DNA of 64,000 nt from Lytechinus pictus (taxonomy: Eukaryota): positions 3,410,001 to 3,474,000 of the forward strand of contig NC_087248.1 of NCBI RefSeq assembly GCF_037042905.1. The letters run 5' to 3'. Under the pieces are notes generated by a model. The model was not told where the DNA came from, did no database searches, and saw nothing but the letters and a program-made list of their open reading frames with translations. The translations under genes were made by a program, and so were the position numbers. Shown piece by piece: positions 24,422-39,065 of the stretch (position 1 is the stretch's first letter; every line of letters starts with the position of its first letter).

Positions 24422-25389
24422 AGTAAGAATTACCTTCTTCTAATCATGCGCAGAATGGAACTCCGAACAGTACGTCAGTGTTCGTATTTGAAAATCGTCT
24501 ATTGCATTCTCCGCTCTTTGGTACATTGATTATTACTTGGATGTGATGAAAATAATTATTTTTTTAGAAGAAATATATGAACATGATAAAATAATCATCA
24601 AATCACGAATGCGTATTCAACATTGTCACTTATCACTTACTAATAAGAAGTGAAAAGGGATCCACAATAACCAGTCAACCCATTTCCTAAATCATTTTGT
24701 TTGCACTTGTATAAGTCAAATCAAAATATGAAGTAAAAACAGTCATTTTAGTTTAAAAATATGATTAATATGATTTGCATTATATTTCTAGTTTTACAAA
24801 ATTTCGTCTGATTTATAATGTTTACCTAAGTCTTAGTTTGCTTTGTTATTTTGTATGCCATCTGTCGAACCAAACATATGTCCCTACTCAATTTCTGGTT
24901 CATACCCCTTACATTACGGGTCTTCGACTTCACACCAAAAAAAATTCTCAGTAATCACTTTTTATTCAAGATTTTATTTTTTATAAATTGATTAATCAAA
25001 ACATAAGAAACTATTAAACAAGTTCAGATCTATAGTTTTATATTGTAAGTCATAACATATTCCGACTTCACCAGAAACATCACATCATTTTCAGCAAATA
25101 GTTTGACTTCATTTGTTAGGCAATATCACTGTAATGTTTTTAGCTATCAAATAAAGAGATATAAATCTGAGCTATTGTTGTAAGAGATATTGGACACGGC
25201 AGGACAGACAGGTGGGCAACAATTGATCCAAATGTCCGCAGCAGAAAGAGTTTTCATCAAACACAAAGTCGTGAAATTAAACGCAATTTAATCTTCATTC
25301 GTTGAAATGTGGGCTCTTTGGTCTCGCATTCGGTTTTCTAAATTGATGGGGTTATTGATATCACACACAAATCTAGTTGCCATGGACTC

Positions 25390-25628
25390 CACAGCAAAAA
25401 CTGTGGTGTTAACCGGTGTACATAGAGGACCAAACCAGTTATTTTACTCCTGTGTTAAATTAATGGTGTTAGTTTAACACCTATAGGTGTTATTACAACA
25501 CCTTTGGTTGTTACATTTACACTCTTTGGTGTTATGTTCAATCTCCAGGGTGTAATTTTAACACCTCGGGGTGTGGTCCTCTATTAACACCAACTGGTGT
25601 CAGTTTTAACACCACAGTTTTTACAGTG
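25390..25628. mobile_element. EnSpm/CACTA-type MITE, 239 bp, 2-bp TSD (TC)
   Basis: tc|cacagcaaaaactgtggtgttaa ... ttaacaccacagtttttacagtg|tc; near-identical to 31716-31954. Confidence 0.9.
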
Positions 25629-26820
25629 TCCTGCTTGTTGATTCTAGGTGTCAATTGCATCTGTCAAATTATTAAAAGTATTATATGTGCATCTACCTAT
25701 AAAGACAGGACATTATTATATATAGGCTTTCTTTAGTAGTTCAACTCCATATTCATCATCTACATAATTATCTTAAAGCTTTCAATTTGCATTCAGGATA
25801 TCGTGTAAACTATCATCATTGTCATGCCTCATGTACCATCGTTTACCTTTTAGTTTACTATTGTCATAATTATTTGAGCATTTGATATTAATATAGAGGT
25901 GTCATATTTTTCGTATTGCCTTCATATTTGTCATTATCATGATATGCATTTACGTAATCGTATAAGTTACTATCGTTATTTACTCTTAGAGTATATCCGA
26001 CCATGTACCCAGTTAAATAATCAAATTTAATTAAGATCTTAAATATCAGAACGAATATATTATGATTCGTTGATTTCAATCACAATTCAACTCCTATTAT
26101 TAATTCGAGGTGTGAACACTATTACCATTTAATGATTTTATATTTCATATTAAATTTATTTTTAAATTTTGTGATTATTCTATAATATGAGATTTTCATT
26201 TCCAGATGAGGGGGTTTATTTAAAAGTCTTTATCTGTATCAATATAATATAAATGTCTGTCCTTATGCTTCATTTTTACAGGTCTTCCCAGTGCATTGGT
26301 TGAGGTTGGACATCTTCACTGGCCGGTACTATGCACTGGGTGAATGTTATAAAACGTTGCGTGTACCCGTGTATAGTAATCTCTGCATATTGTTTGTATC
26401 GAGATTCGAGAATGATAATTTGTAATTTAAGTGTTTTAAAGTGTCGAATAATAAATAAATGAATAAAGGGATGATATGTAAATGGTTAATATTGCCATTG
26501 ATCATGTTGATCTTACCCAGTCTTTTACTGAAAGATAACAAGATCCTCTATTATGCCAATTCTTTTTTTTTTATAGATCATATCATGATTTTCATTTCTT
26601 CATTTTCGCCCTAGATTAAGTTGGCATTTGACATTATCACATTTCAGATCTAGTAATCTTTAAGGGCATGCACCCGGTTACACAACTTTGTTTTGTGTAA
26701 CAAGAGGTAAGAACTTGAAGGACAAGATCTATGCAATGCCTCGATTTGAATTTATTGCACGTCTGTTAACAAATTCATCTAATATTCCACCATTTGAGTC
26801 AGTTTACACGAAAACCATCG

Positions 26821-29800
26821 TCATCTTACATCACTGTCTTTTAGATGTAACTCGTCAAGAAGCATATCAAATCTTAATTTAGTGTACTCGTAGAACTCAT
26901 ATTCCAGTTTCATCTTTTCCTTCATCAGTGACCTGACCTCAGGGGAGGGAGGTACATACCGGTAAGCGTGAGTCTTTGCCTGGTAATCTAGAAATCAAAT
27001 GCAAGATAGACATGATATGAGTTAGAGAGAGAAATAGAACGAGAGAGAGCGTAAATGAGAATGTAGAAACAGATGAAGATAAAGTAGTCACGGGTATAAT
27101 TCTTTAATCAAAATTGGACTTTGAATAGTTATGGATGTAAAATTGTTAACGCCCGAGTCTCACCGATAAACACAGATCCTCAAGCTTTCACATGATAATC
27201 CCTTGTCTAGAATGGAAGTTCTCTTTCCCAAAGCCAATTAGGAGGGCCTCCTGATTCCTATTCCCTTACCCCGTGCCAATCCCCTTATCTCTCTTCCGCT
27301 CCCAATCAATGTATTCAGAGTGGAAATACTTCAGGTATTTTGCTTCCCTATCATACATTCTATAATAAAAGAAAAAACATTGTACCCTCTCACCGTCCTC
27401 CAAGTTACCCATGTTCAGGGTCCCGTTTTATGGAGACTTGTTATCGTAACAAATGCAGAATTTCTATAACAAATTTACTATTAGCCAATCAGATAGAAGG
27501 ATTTCAGTAGCTTTAAACTGTTATTGTAAATTTGTTATTAGAACAAGTTTTATGAAACAGGCACCAGATTCGGAAGAACCATACGGTACCCCTACCGATC
27601 CAGCTTTGTATTGATGTCTTTTCGCTCTTACCTGTCCCCTGATGTGAGTAGTATTTCTTCACCAGACCAGAAAACATTGATGGGAAAAGAAACTCCAACG
27701 CTCTCATTGATGAGTTATACTGTTCCACGATACCCACTACGGTGTAGTAGTCGAGGTTCCGTTTTGCCTCTTCCAATGTCCATTGAGTAGGTTTCCTGTA
27801 TGGTGGTGATGACGATAAGGAGATAATTGTAATGAATGATGATGCTGATGCTGATGATTGTGGTGATGATGTTGGATTGTTGGTGGTGGTGATTACGATT
27901 AAGGATGATAGATTGTGATGATTATAAAGTTGCTAATTATGGTGTTAATGATGACGATGTTGGTGGTGATAATACATGTAATTATGGTGGTGGTGTTGGT
28001 CCTAATGTTGTTGTTGATGGTGGTGGTGATGATGATGACGATGATGATGATGTGATGATGATTTTGACGATGGTAATGATTATGATGATGATCACTTCCG
28101 TAAAGGGGATTTCAGCAAAATAACCATAATTTATCACATGCCAATGCTCTGTCTTTTTCGCAATCTTGACGCAAAGGGTCAACCAGTAATTCGAATAATA
28201 AATTGAAAAAACAAAATCATATGCATCTAAAAAAAATGATGCCACAATACTGTGGGCTAATATTTCGTGAAGATTATTGCCCTACATGATGTTCTTCCAC
28301 AATGGCCAAACAACACAAATTCACAAGATTGTTAATCCTTTTTAATTGAAAAGATTACCTGCACATTGGATGGTAACCACAGAAGAATCCCATCATGTAA
28401 CCGAGCATCTTAGGCCCCGTACATGACAACCTCTCATGGTGAACGCATTCATCAAAGGTCTACAGAGGAATGAAAGGAAAGGGACAAGAACAACATCTGT
28501 CTTCACATCAAAATGCATGATTATACCAGGGAGTCTCCTCACAAATCTCTGATTTTACCGTATATTGTCACAAATGTTGATATTTTTTTAGTATAGGCCT
28601 ACTGTTAGCATTCTCAGTGTGCATGCCAATGCATTACATAGCCCTTGGTATAATTCACGAGTTTGTTTTTATCCCACCTGCGTGTCCTCCCAGCATTCCC
28701 GGCTGAGGTCAGACTCCGTGTCCTTCTATTACGTAACGGTAAGCATGGTAAGTACAGCACGTCAGTCGCGTGCGACGTGACCACTGATCTCTCCCCTATC
28801 AGTGGACGAGACCTCACGCTGAGGACAAATCGGTTTCTTGCTTATCAGCAGAATCTGCGCTTGTATTATGTAACGGCCCTCGCGTGCGACTTCGCCCAGC
28901 GATGACAGATCTTAGGCGCGTGCGACCTCGCCTGACCTCAAGCTGAGGACAGATTTGTTATTTTGATTTGGATAAATCCAGGGTCTCGCTTGTAGTCCGC
29001 CCTTGTGATATGTAACATCAAGGTCCCTGGTTGCACCTAATCCGAGAATAAAATGTTCTTGGGTATAAACTAGCTCAAAGATAGAAACTGGTAAATGAAG
29101 CATGTGAGGTTAGTTTATCAGGACAAGGCCATATTGGAAAGTGATATAAAGATGGGATTGCACTCATTAATGATGATAGTAATTGGGTCTGGTGCATGGG
29201 TCATCTTCACCGTCTAATTTAGTCGATATTTACTGGCATTCGTGAAGGGATTAAGACATTCGTCTTTACCATGGTGACGCCCCTTTTTTACACTTACCTC
29301 ATCAATGACTTCTGGATGTGTGTTTTTCCTGAGTTCTTCGAGTTGTTTAGGACTAAGCAATCCATCTCCATGTCTGTTGAAATAAAAGCTGGAGACTAAA
29401 CGATCCAACGGATCTCGCACCATGTTGAAGAAGTACACATTCTCACTGTGGAAAAAAGTGCACATCATTTTCAATTCAGTGTAAACTTTTTCTATCCCTA
29501 ATTTCAGTTTGGTTATAATATATCATTTCAGTCATTTTTCGATCATGATTTAATTCATGTTCTTAAGAGTTAATCAGTGCAGCAGAGAATTTAATTGAAA
29601 CCAAAAGTGTGTGTGTGTGTTTTTACAAACAAGTCTTTATGAACGTTTCCAGTACATTTCTTCACACTCTCATGTGGGTGTTTCTCTAGTTTAATAATTT
29701 TGATTTTGTCATCCTTTACAGATCAAGGAAATATTTAATGAAATGACTTGTCGGACGTTTTATCCGACAGTTGTCATAGTAACAGTGTCTCTCAGTCAAT

Positions 29801-32800
29801 GAAAATCAAGGAAAGATGTCAGATCTGACAACTTGTTGGACAAAAATGCTGACGAAACGTTTCCCAAGACCTGGGTGGTTAGAACTATGCAGTGAACTTT
29901 GTTGTTGATATTGACAATCTCTCAAGTAAAGCTTGACTATTAATTGGTCATCGATAAGTGAACTGGACACCGGTATTGACGCGGTTTCTCGGTTTCTATC
30001 AAACATGAAAATGAAGAACTTCACATAACCAACTCCATCTCCATCGTAGCCTCACAAAATATCCTGACAATGTTTGTAGAAAATATTTCGAGAAGCAAAC
30101 TTACTTTTGAAAATTGTTGAATCTGACATGACCTTCAAGGAACGCCCTTTTACGTGATTTGACCCCATCCACGGAGCGTGTCAAGAGAGGCAGCTCATCC
30201 TAGTGATAAGGGAAAAGGAAAGTGGTTTGAAAAAGTCAGAATAAGCCTAACAATCGACGTGAAATGACGTTACTTTTGGACTTGAGGGGGTGGGACGAAA
30301 TAGATAATGATTGTCCTGCGACCATGTATTCAAGATGAGACAGACATGATTTTTTTGCGTCTTCGTTTTGTATCAATGTGTAATGTGCTTTCGTCTAATA
30401 TTAGGTCTTGGTATAAAGACAAAATTACAATATAGATATCTCACTGCGAGAAGGATGCTTTCATATATCTCTTTATAATCCAAACACGGCACTTGAGACG
30501 GGGGCCGAAGATATCGAGATGGATGAATAAGAATGATCTATGTATTTAGCATGCAAAATAAATCGTCAATTTTCGTAATCAACATGATCAAGATAGGAAT
30601 GAGAAATTCGCATCCCGGATCCGCATCTTAAAGCACTTTTTATTTTGATAAAACGCCATCTTCAAGGATGAAGAGGGGTCTATCGGTTACAACAGATGTT
30701 GTCTAGGGGGCGAGGGGCCCGCCCTCCCCTATTGGCGGAGCAATAAAAGGGAAAAGGAAGAAAGAAAAAAGGGGGAAAAGAGGGAAAAGAGAGGAGAAGA
30801 AAGAAGAGGAGGAAGACGAATGAATATAATAAGATGACGAGAAGACTTGGAAAATAGTAAGAATCTTTCATGTCACTATATACAATTTCCGCTCGCTTCG
30901 CGCTCGCATCAATTATTTATTTATATACATATTATGTTTAAGTTACAAAAAAGTGCTTAGAATTTCCATTCTTTAGGTAAAAATGTCAAAAAATTCAGCT
31001 CGCGCTTCGTACTCGCATTATTTGATTTTTAAATATATAACGTCTTCATGGATAACTGTATGCAGTCTTTAATAGGTATATCTTTTCCATCAGTTCATTT
31101 CTGCTCGCGCTTCGCGTTCGTAGTAATTATTTAGTTGCATACACATCTTTTTCAGGATAACACACATTGCCCAGAATGTTCAAATTTTAGGAAAAATACA
31201 TAAGATTTCCCCAAAAAATTAGCTCGCGCTTCGCGCTCGCATTATATAAATAAGGATTATGATATCATTATATTTATGCTGATTTATAAGAATAAAGCTA
31301 AGAAGTGACTTCCCCTTTAAAGAAACCAAAAATCATCTTCGAGCGGCCGATTGGGGGAAAATATGGCTGAAAATTCCGCCCCCCCTCTATTAGCGAAGGC
31401 TGAATCCGCCCCTGCATGTAACGGATATGAAGGAATATCAAGATCTCGATATTTTTTCTAGTATCTGATATATCATGTATATGTGCTTGAATAGTGTCAT
31501 TAAGGTAAATAGTACTGAATTTGTCATATAAAACTTACGATTATGGTAAATACACTGGTAACCTTGATTTTGATTGGCTGCTGGATCATGTTACTTGCCT
31601 GATTGCATTTTTTTTTTTCAAGAAATAGCCCCCTTGTATTCACATTGTACATATTCTGAAGGACAAGGATGATATTTCCTTTTAGCTGGTATCGTTTCAT
31701 ATGTATAATATACAACACAGCAAAAACTGTGGTGTTAACCGGTGTACATAGAGGACCACACCAGTTATTTTACACCGGTGTTAAATTGGTGGTGTTAGTT
31801 TTACACCTATAGGTGTTATTACAACACTTATGGTTGTTACATTTACACTCTTTGGTGTTATGTTCAATCTCTAGGGTGTTATTTTAACACCTCAGGGTGT
31901 GGTCCTCTATTAACACCAATTGGTGTCAGTTTTAACACCACAGTTTTTACAGTGAAGTATAACAAATTGTTATTGCATGTAATCCATATAGCTCGTATTT
32001 TTACCAAAATGATTATTATACTATAGAAAACTATGATGGAGAAAACTACTAAGTCTTGCATTTAGAGATAAAATATTTAACCAATAATTACTTTTATTGT
32101 GTGGTATGGACTATGGAGAATTATGATGGCAACACGCATTGCTGATGATAATGACGTGAGCATTTATCTTTGTAATGTTCAACAAATTCAATAAAGATTG
32201 TTTACTTGCATTTTTGCATAAATAAATGATTCATTGCCATGAATACACTGGCGTACTGATGGGGATCTTGGGGTCATAGTCCTCAAAAGTCTGTCTCCCA
32301 GGAAAAAAACGAGAAAATAGGAGAGAAAAGGAAAGGGGAAAAGGGTGAAATGTGATATCTTTCTTTGATCTATCATAATCTTTGCTCGCTTGCAACTTCG
32401 TAGAAATTTTGCCCCATAGGCCATATATGGCCCCCTCAAAATTTCTTGCTCGTTACGTTTCTGCATGAATAGACTAAAATCGATTACGATCTCTTGGAAT
32501 CGGCGGCAAAACGGAATCACATTACCATAACTGTGACATCCCACTGATATGAAAACTACCTCTCAACCCATCACCCCATGATCCCATTACCATTTACACT
32601 AACAATCGTAATTCAATTGAAATGTAACAGGTACCAAATATTATGCTAGAAGGGACGTGTTCTGCATGGAGGCAATGCCAAGGGGACAACGTCCCGTCCG
32701 AATGTTAACATCGAAAACATTAACAAAGAAGAATTCCAAATATGAGTTGAATGCAATTTATGGACAATGTTTTAATACAAGGCAAGACATGTCACTTCCT

Positions 32801-35800
32801 TTTGGCATTGCTTTGTAAATTCTGATTGATTTTGATTAAAAGAAACCTCTCCCACCCCACCCCCTTCATACCAGTGACCGTGTTTTCACTTGTTTTTAAA
32901 TATAGGTGAGCACGAGCCTCAGGGTGCCGATTTTGTCTCTACTGGATGATATACAATATGGAAACTATCCAAGTACCAGATATCAAATTCATGACTTATT
33001 CCTTTTGTCTTTATTTCTTAAATCTAAAATACCAACATGTTCTCATTTTCGCATTTCAATCTAAGCTGTCACGAGAGGGTTTCTCAATCCCGATTTTGCT
33101 AAAAAGCAACGATATGATATATTCAGTGGCGTACCGTGGGTCACGGCATTGGGGGGGCACCAGCAAAAATTTTGAGTCGCTCAGTGAGCGCGCAAAGCGC
33201 GCTCAATTACCAGATATAGGCCTATTGATCTTACATATACCGTGTTTACACTTAATCGGCATTTGAATCGGCTTGCGGTTCTGAACCGCGAGCTGTAACA
33301 ACGTGTAAACGCAAACCAAAAGCCGATTCTGCATCGGCTTTCGGTTCTGAACCAAATGCCGATTAAGTGTAAACACGGTAATAGAGACATTTTAAGGACT
33401 GTGCCATTAAACGGATATGTAATGTATCTCACTGATCAAATGATGCGAGCGCGAAGCGCGAGCTGAAATTTTTTGATATTTACATTAGAAAAAGAGACAT
33501 TTAAGGACCGATTTCAGGAATTCATGAAGAGCAGACAAATCTCATCAATCCACTAATTCGAACGTAAGCGCGAACACGAACAAGGATTTTTTTTATATAC
33601 AGACCTTAAAATGGGGCTATCACTTTAAGTAGTCATGAAAAGAAGCATATGTCACTACATAAAACAATAATAACTCGAAGTGCGATGATATATATTTGGT
33701 GCATATTGACTTGAAAACAGGACGTTTTGGTACAACATGATTGTACATGTATATCTCGTTAAACAGACAATGCTAGTACCAGGAATAATAAACAAATAGG
33801 CCCTGAGCACATTATGTTTCATAAAGTTATGAAAAAAAAAAATAATTCTTATGTAATATAACACAACATATAATATAATATAACATTATAATGTACAATA
33901 AACTCTTCTTTCCCACTACGTTTCTTTCTTCTCCCTCTTTTTCTCCCTTTTCTCCCGTTTTTTTTTTTTTTTTTTTGCCAGCCGATTGGGGGGGGGGGGC
34001 ACGTGCCCCCCCCCCATGCCCCCCCGTAGTTACGCCACTGGATATATTGTTTGATATATATACGGTTTTGCGAAAATACATCAATGAAACACAAATCAAA
34101 GGATTTGAAAGTGTTAAGTGTAAATTTTGGGACTTCTCGTAATCTTTGATGTGTCATTTTCTCCAGTGGTGTAATGAGCAATAAAAATAGGGGGCCAGAT
34201 CTGGCGTATAGGACATTATTTATAAAAATTCACGAGCGATCTAAGCGAGCGAGCAAAAATTTCGACATTTTGTATATTACAAAACTAGGGGTCAATGACC
34301 CCCACCCCCCCCCCCTCCCCCATATGTACGCCAGTGACTTAAAAAAAAATGGACAATTTTCCTTTTATCTGTTAAATAGATTGTGTCTCATAAAAACGGA
34401 TTTTATATTTCCTAAAATGCAAATCTGTAGCAATGAAAGCTTGAACCTTTATTGCCTGAAACACCCCAATATTTTAATTGCTTTGGTAGAACCAAAAAAA
34501 AAATCAATAAAGTGAATCGACAAATGGAAAGAAGACATTGTTACACTCACCTTATATTTCTGTGGTATCATTGATAGAGGACCGTGGATGTGGTTCTTTA
34601 AAGCTCTAACACAGTGGATCAGCATCCGACTACCACACTTCGGTACTCGGTTGTAGACCACAGTAATGTCCTGCCGATTCGGAAACAACACATGATCACA
34701 AATGAAAAAAAAATATTGAAAAGTTATTTAAAATCCAAATCTCAATTAATGAAAGCATACAAATCAATTAGTTCAAGCACCATGAGCATGAATTTCCATA
34801 AAAAATGTGTTTCCTCAATCTGACCATTAGAGGATAGAGGGAACACTAGCATATAATTATTGTGCATGCACCGTTCAGACAATTGAAACTAGACGATGGG
34901 AAATAAAAGGTCCATGGTTAATCCATTTTCATTTTTGCGAAACTCAAATCTTAAAATTTCACGCACAATACTTTAGGGTTATTCCTACAACACTACACAG
35001 TCAAATCAAGATATCTATTACAGTATATTTTCATTTTGACCCCCGTATGGAATAAGGTCAATCTCATTGCTTTAGGTCGTCTGCTCCAGTTTGTTTCATG
35101 ATGCCATTATGATCCCCCCCCCCCCCCCGCTTGAACTTTCACAAATCATCTACTCCGGATCTGTTTAACCATGGACGTACTAGTAGGTCCATGGTTTAAC
35201 CAACATCTGGGGCCCATAACACAAAGCTTAGCAATGATCGTAGAACATTTTACTACGATTGATTGCATTGACTACAATGTACAATCAATGATGAAAAATC
35301 AAGTGCGTACGATTGATTGCTAACCTTTGTGTTACGAAAGCCTGGGCTGGCTAAGAAGACTTTATGATGAGGCAATGGCAATTAAATTTTCTCACAACGA
35401 CATGCTCATGTAATTATTTCTAGAAATTATATAGGAATCTCTTATTTCTTTGATTTTTCTTTTTGTCATTGTACCATAATAGCTGTATTTATATAGCGGG
35501 GTGGGGGGGGGGGGGTTACCAGAGATTGATACAAAAGATACGTTTAAAGACATCAAATCTGGACCGCAATGAGCAAATGACATTCATTTTACCGTTTCAC
35601 ATGGCTAATGAAATTGATTTTGATCTCCTTTCCCAAAGACAATATTCAAATGAGCCTTGATCCTGCCAAAAACCACTAAACCATATAAACCGAGGAACAA
35701 AGCAAGATAGTACAAACTATTAACCTAGCACAAGCCAAGTAAACCCCTAAAATATGAAATATATTAATTTACTCATACAATATATTTTTACAATAGAAAT

Positions 35801-38008
35801 CGGCTACCCTAAACCTCGAGTCGACTTCGTGTTCGTTAAGTCATTTATTTATTCAACTCATGTACTCTACTTCAACAAAATTATTATATATATTTCTACT
35901 TACGTCACCTAAAACAGCTTTTCCGTAACGAGATCCACATGGCTTTACTATGGTCAGTCTCTGTGACTCTTCAGGGCTGTTGTAAGCCAAATTGGTATCA
36001 TTATAAACAGCTTGAATAGGGTCTTTTCTTGATCCAGAGACACATGGACATTGGTCACGTGACACATAGTTGTGGTTTTCTCGGAATAAGCCCACATCTG
36101 AAATTATGAAAATGCAGAAAAAGTAAAAATAATTAAAATCTATAACTTGAATTTTTGGGGGGTCCTTTCCAACGATCCCATGCTGTGGCGCAAATAAATG
36201 TTTTTGTCAAAGCGTTCTCTTTAAAAGGGCAGAGATTTGAGGGTGAATTTCACTGTCCAAGGAATGATCACACTTTAAAATGATGTTCTTGACGTTCGTT
36301 ATTCCGAATTGTCACTATTCCGAATGGTCATTATTCCGAAGGTTCGAATAGTCCGAAGGTTACAATAACTATGATAACGAAACATGCACATCGTGTATAA
36401 CAAAATGTTCGTTAATTAGTCCGAAAATTAAAAGGGTTCGTGAATCCCAATAACTGTGGCATTATCATGAAGTTTCGATATTACGATTATTACTATTCAA
36501 CTATCCGAACCTTAATTCATATTCGGACTATCAGAGCTATTCGAAATAACAACCTACTTTCGTTTTCGAATTAACGATAAAGATCCTTTGGAATAACAAT
36601 TTTTCGTTTTCGCAATGACCCAACCCTCGGAAAATACCGAACCATCAAGTATACCGAACTTGCGGAATATATCAAGCTGTAATCGGAAAGCTTCGATCTG
36701 TGTTCGACTTGAACATTCTTTCCTTGCCTTCGCCGTTATTTCACTTCACTTCATCGTCTGATTTATACATTAAAAAAAATCATAAAGGATGTATGTATTA
36801 CGCGAAGAGGAAATCTCTTTGTCATGTGGTTTTCTATTTGACTACGTCTCAAGTTCATATATAAATCACATCGACTTCACAGACAATTACATATCCTGAA
36901 CAGCTGAAAGTCTTTCCAAAATGATTTTGGAAAGTCAAAAAGGAAAACCATTACAAGAGTGCGTACTTTGCAAACTTGTCTTTAAATTAGGAAGGTAACC
37001 AAGATTTCTGGTTGTGGAGGGGTGTATTATGTATTTCGAAACTTAAATTGTAATATTTTAATAAAGATCTCCGCTAAGAAGCATTATTTCCCAGACACAT
37101 AAACAATGACACAACAGTAGGCCTTGTAAGCATGATTATTACCTATATTATTATGATTGAAGTACATTTACATTTTTGTAGAGGACTCGACAATAACCTC
37201 GATCATTTACGATGCAAATAAATAGGGGAATGATACCCCGGGTCCTATCTAATCAGTACTTACTTTCCGTATTTTCCTTCCTTTTTCATGCTTTTTTGTT
37301 ATTCTCGATCACTTGTCAAATCGAAGGGGGACGTACGTCGCCCTTACCCCAATGGCGTTACCCTTGATAAAGTAGGCTAGGTCAAACTATTTAACCAGGA
37401 AGTTAAGGGATGGAATTGATGTGAATTAAATGAATCCTGACAGAAGGGGTCAAGTATCATCAGATTGTCAAGTTCAAGCTATCGAACGTCAGTTGGAGGA
37501 CAGGAATAACATGGCACTCCAAGTTAAAAAGAATGTTTCTGAAACAAAGGGAATGTGTTCGGTTTACTTTAGATAACGACATTCGCTTTAATTCTTGAGA
37601 ACAGAAGAATTTCGTTATAAAATTATACATTCCACATTCATGGTATAAGAGCAATTTTGTCCATTTGAAATATAACCAGCATCAATGAATTTGTGAAAAA
37701 GGCGAAGAAATAAGAACATACAAACCTAGCAGAATAATGATATTGTCATGTAAAGATTATGCTTGACATCTTTCCACACTTCATTCGAAAATCTACATCG
37801 TGATATTGGTGTAGGGACCTATTTGTTACTATACTGCTGTGGCGTCCCCCTCATCCCCTCCCCCACCCCTCGCTCACAAGATATAATCCGTCTTACCTCG
37901 TTTGTGGTACAGGTTGATTGTGAACAAAATCGACAAAAGCAGCAGCACAAACATTACGATAACAATGGTTATCCGAGAAAGACGTGTACAACCGATCAGC
38001 CTGGTCAT
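26821..38008 (-). CDS. Uronyl/heparan sulfate 2-O-sulfotransferase-like Golgi sulfotransferase (UST/HS2ST family), 366 aa; complement(join(26821..26987,27632..27795,28359..28459,29298..29445,30105..30199,34551..34670,35904..36097,37897..38008))
   Basis: Type II TM anchor in exon 1 (ITIVIVMFVLLLLSILFTINLY); 5'-PSB motif YNRVPKCGSR; EGH catalytic His; 3'-PB motif RDPLDRLVSSFYF.R.GD; TFDECV, FFCG, AKRNL..Y.VVGIVE, EYEFYEY..LRF. Splice phases consistent, 1101 nt in total. Confidence 0.88.
27416..27567. mobile_element. Degenerate MITE with internal CCAAT
   Basis: gggtcccgttttatggagacttgtt ... aacaagttttatgaaacaggcaccag imperfect TIRs. Confidence 0.55.
27800..28093. repeat. (GAT/GGT)n low-complexity trinucleotide tract
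   Basis: Seen directly; abuts the acceptor of sulfotransferase exon 7. Confidence 0.85.
29725..29868 (+). mobile_element. X-box/CCAAT MITE copy (degenerate)
   Basis: gacttgtcggacgttttatccgacagttgtcatagtaac ... gatgtcagatctgacaacttg. Confidence 0.75.
30700..31414. mobile_element. Truncated CAGGGGCGGAT-type element, same family as 4095-5466
   Basis: Ends tgaatccgcccctg; four gctcgcgcttcgcgctcgc-like motifs. Confidence 0.65.
31716..31954. mobile_element. EnSpm/CACTA-type MITE, 239 bp, 2-bp TSD (AA)
   Basis: aa|cacagcaaaaactgtgg ... cagtttttacagtg|aa. Confidence 0.9.
33124..34040 (+). mobile_element. hAT non-autonomous element (CAGTGGCGTA TIR), 8-bp TSD GATATATT
   Basis: gatatatt|cagtggcgta ... 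tacgccactg|gatatatt; same family as 42840 and 55980. Confidence 0.92.
33238..33380. mobile_element. Nested 143-bp MITE with perfect 28-bp TIRs and 3-bp TSD (ATA)
   Basis: ata|taccgtgtttacacttaatcggcatttg ... caaatgccgattaagtgtaaacacggta|ata; absent from the sister copies of the host. Confidence 0.9.
35209..35344. mobile_element. Short degenerate MITE
   Basis: ggggcccataacacaaagcttagcaat ... attgctaacctttgtgttacg inverted ends. Confidence 0.6.
36293..36690. repeat. Degenerate fold-back element with ttccgaa/ttcggaa repeats
   Basis: Multiple attccgaa on the left; ttcgga/ttcgaa on the right. Confidence 0.45.
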
Positions 38009-38903
38009 AATAACAGTAACACAGAGCCTTAAAATGGTTTATTCCTTCAATCAGGGAGCTGCGTCAGCTCAGTGTAGGTTTATAATATGCACAATTCAGC
38101 GTCAGAGTTATCAAGAATACAGTTTATATCTTGAGTACAGCATTCCTGGGACAGCATTCCTCCTCAAGTTGTGTTAAAACGATATATACTGCAGTGAATA
38201 CCATGAATACCGTGGGGTACAGATCGAACCTCCCGATCCTATATTCAGGCAGGGAAGGGAGTCTTTCCTGATTCAATTCAGGTACTATTCCGTTCATTTT
38301 TTTAGAACTGCACTCATCCAGAACACATGCGATATGGACAATGTATCCTCGATCATTAAAGCACGGCAGAACCTACACAGTTGAACGCAGGATATGATTG
38401 AATATAATATTCACCGAATTCAATTGCCTGATGATGCATGGTTAGATGGCAGTGAAGAATCGTGTATAGTTATGCATAGGCCTATGTACAGCTCTTTTTT
38501 CGGCGCCTCATTACGACGTGTTTCCAATATAGTCCTGTAGGTCTCTCGCAAACGATATCCAACAATAGCCTTCCATGACATTCACTGACTGATATCCTTA
38601 CAAATATCAGCCAAAATGATGTAGCCTCCGCACACTCTCGACCCTGGAGTTTGTATTCAAAAGCCTGTAGAAATTATCTTTCACTGACTTGAGCATGTTC
38701 AGTTCATCGTGGCGAGCTCTGCGGAGAGAGCAAACACACACGCCAAGGTTTTTTTTATGATAAACAAAAATCATAATAACGATGATGCTACTTTAAGGTA
38801 TTAAGGTGAAATTTGCAGTGTCTGCGAGAAGTTAGGGTAGAGCCGAGCTGGTTTCCTATTGACGTCTAGCATTTTACCTGCTTCAAACCCGGGCTTCAAA
38901 CTT

Positions 38904-38985
38904 CTTCATTTTACCTCAGCTGAAAAAAATCTTCATTTTACCTCAGCTGATAAAAAAATATTCCTTTTTCCTCAGATGAAAGAAA
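38904..38985. repeat. ~27-bp tandem repeat x3
   Basis: cttcattttacctcagctgaaaaaaat repeated. Confidence 0.7.
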
Positions 38986-39065
38986 AATCACAGGTTCGGG
39001 TAAATGCGAATATCATGACATAACTTAGCATCCCCCAAATTTTCCGACATTTGCTTTATATTACC

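Noticed and set aside
35904-35912. Alternative donor ttag|gtgacg for sulfotransferase exon 2
   Set aside because: It gives phase 1, incompatible with the phase-0 next exon; gac|gtaagt fits.
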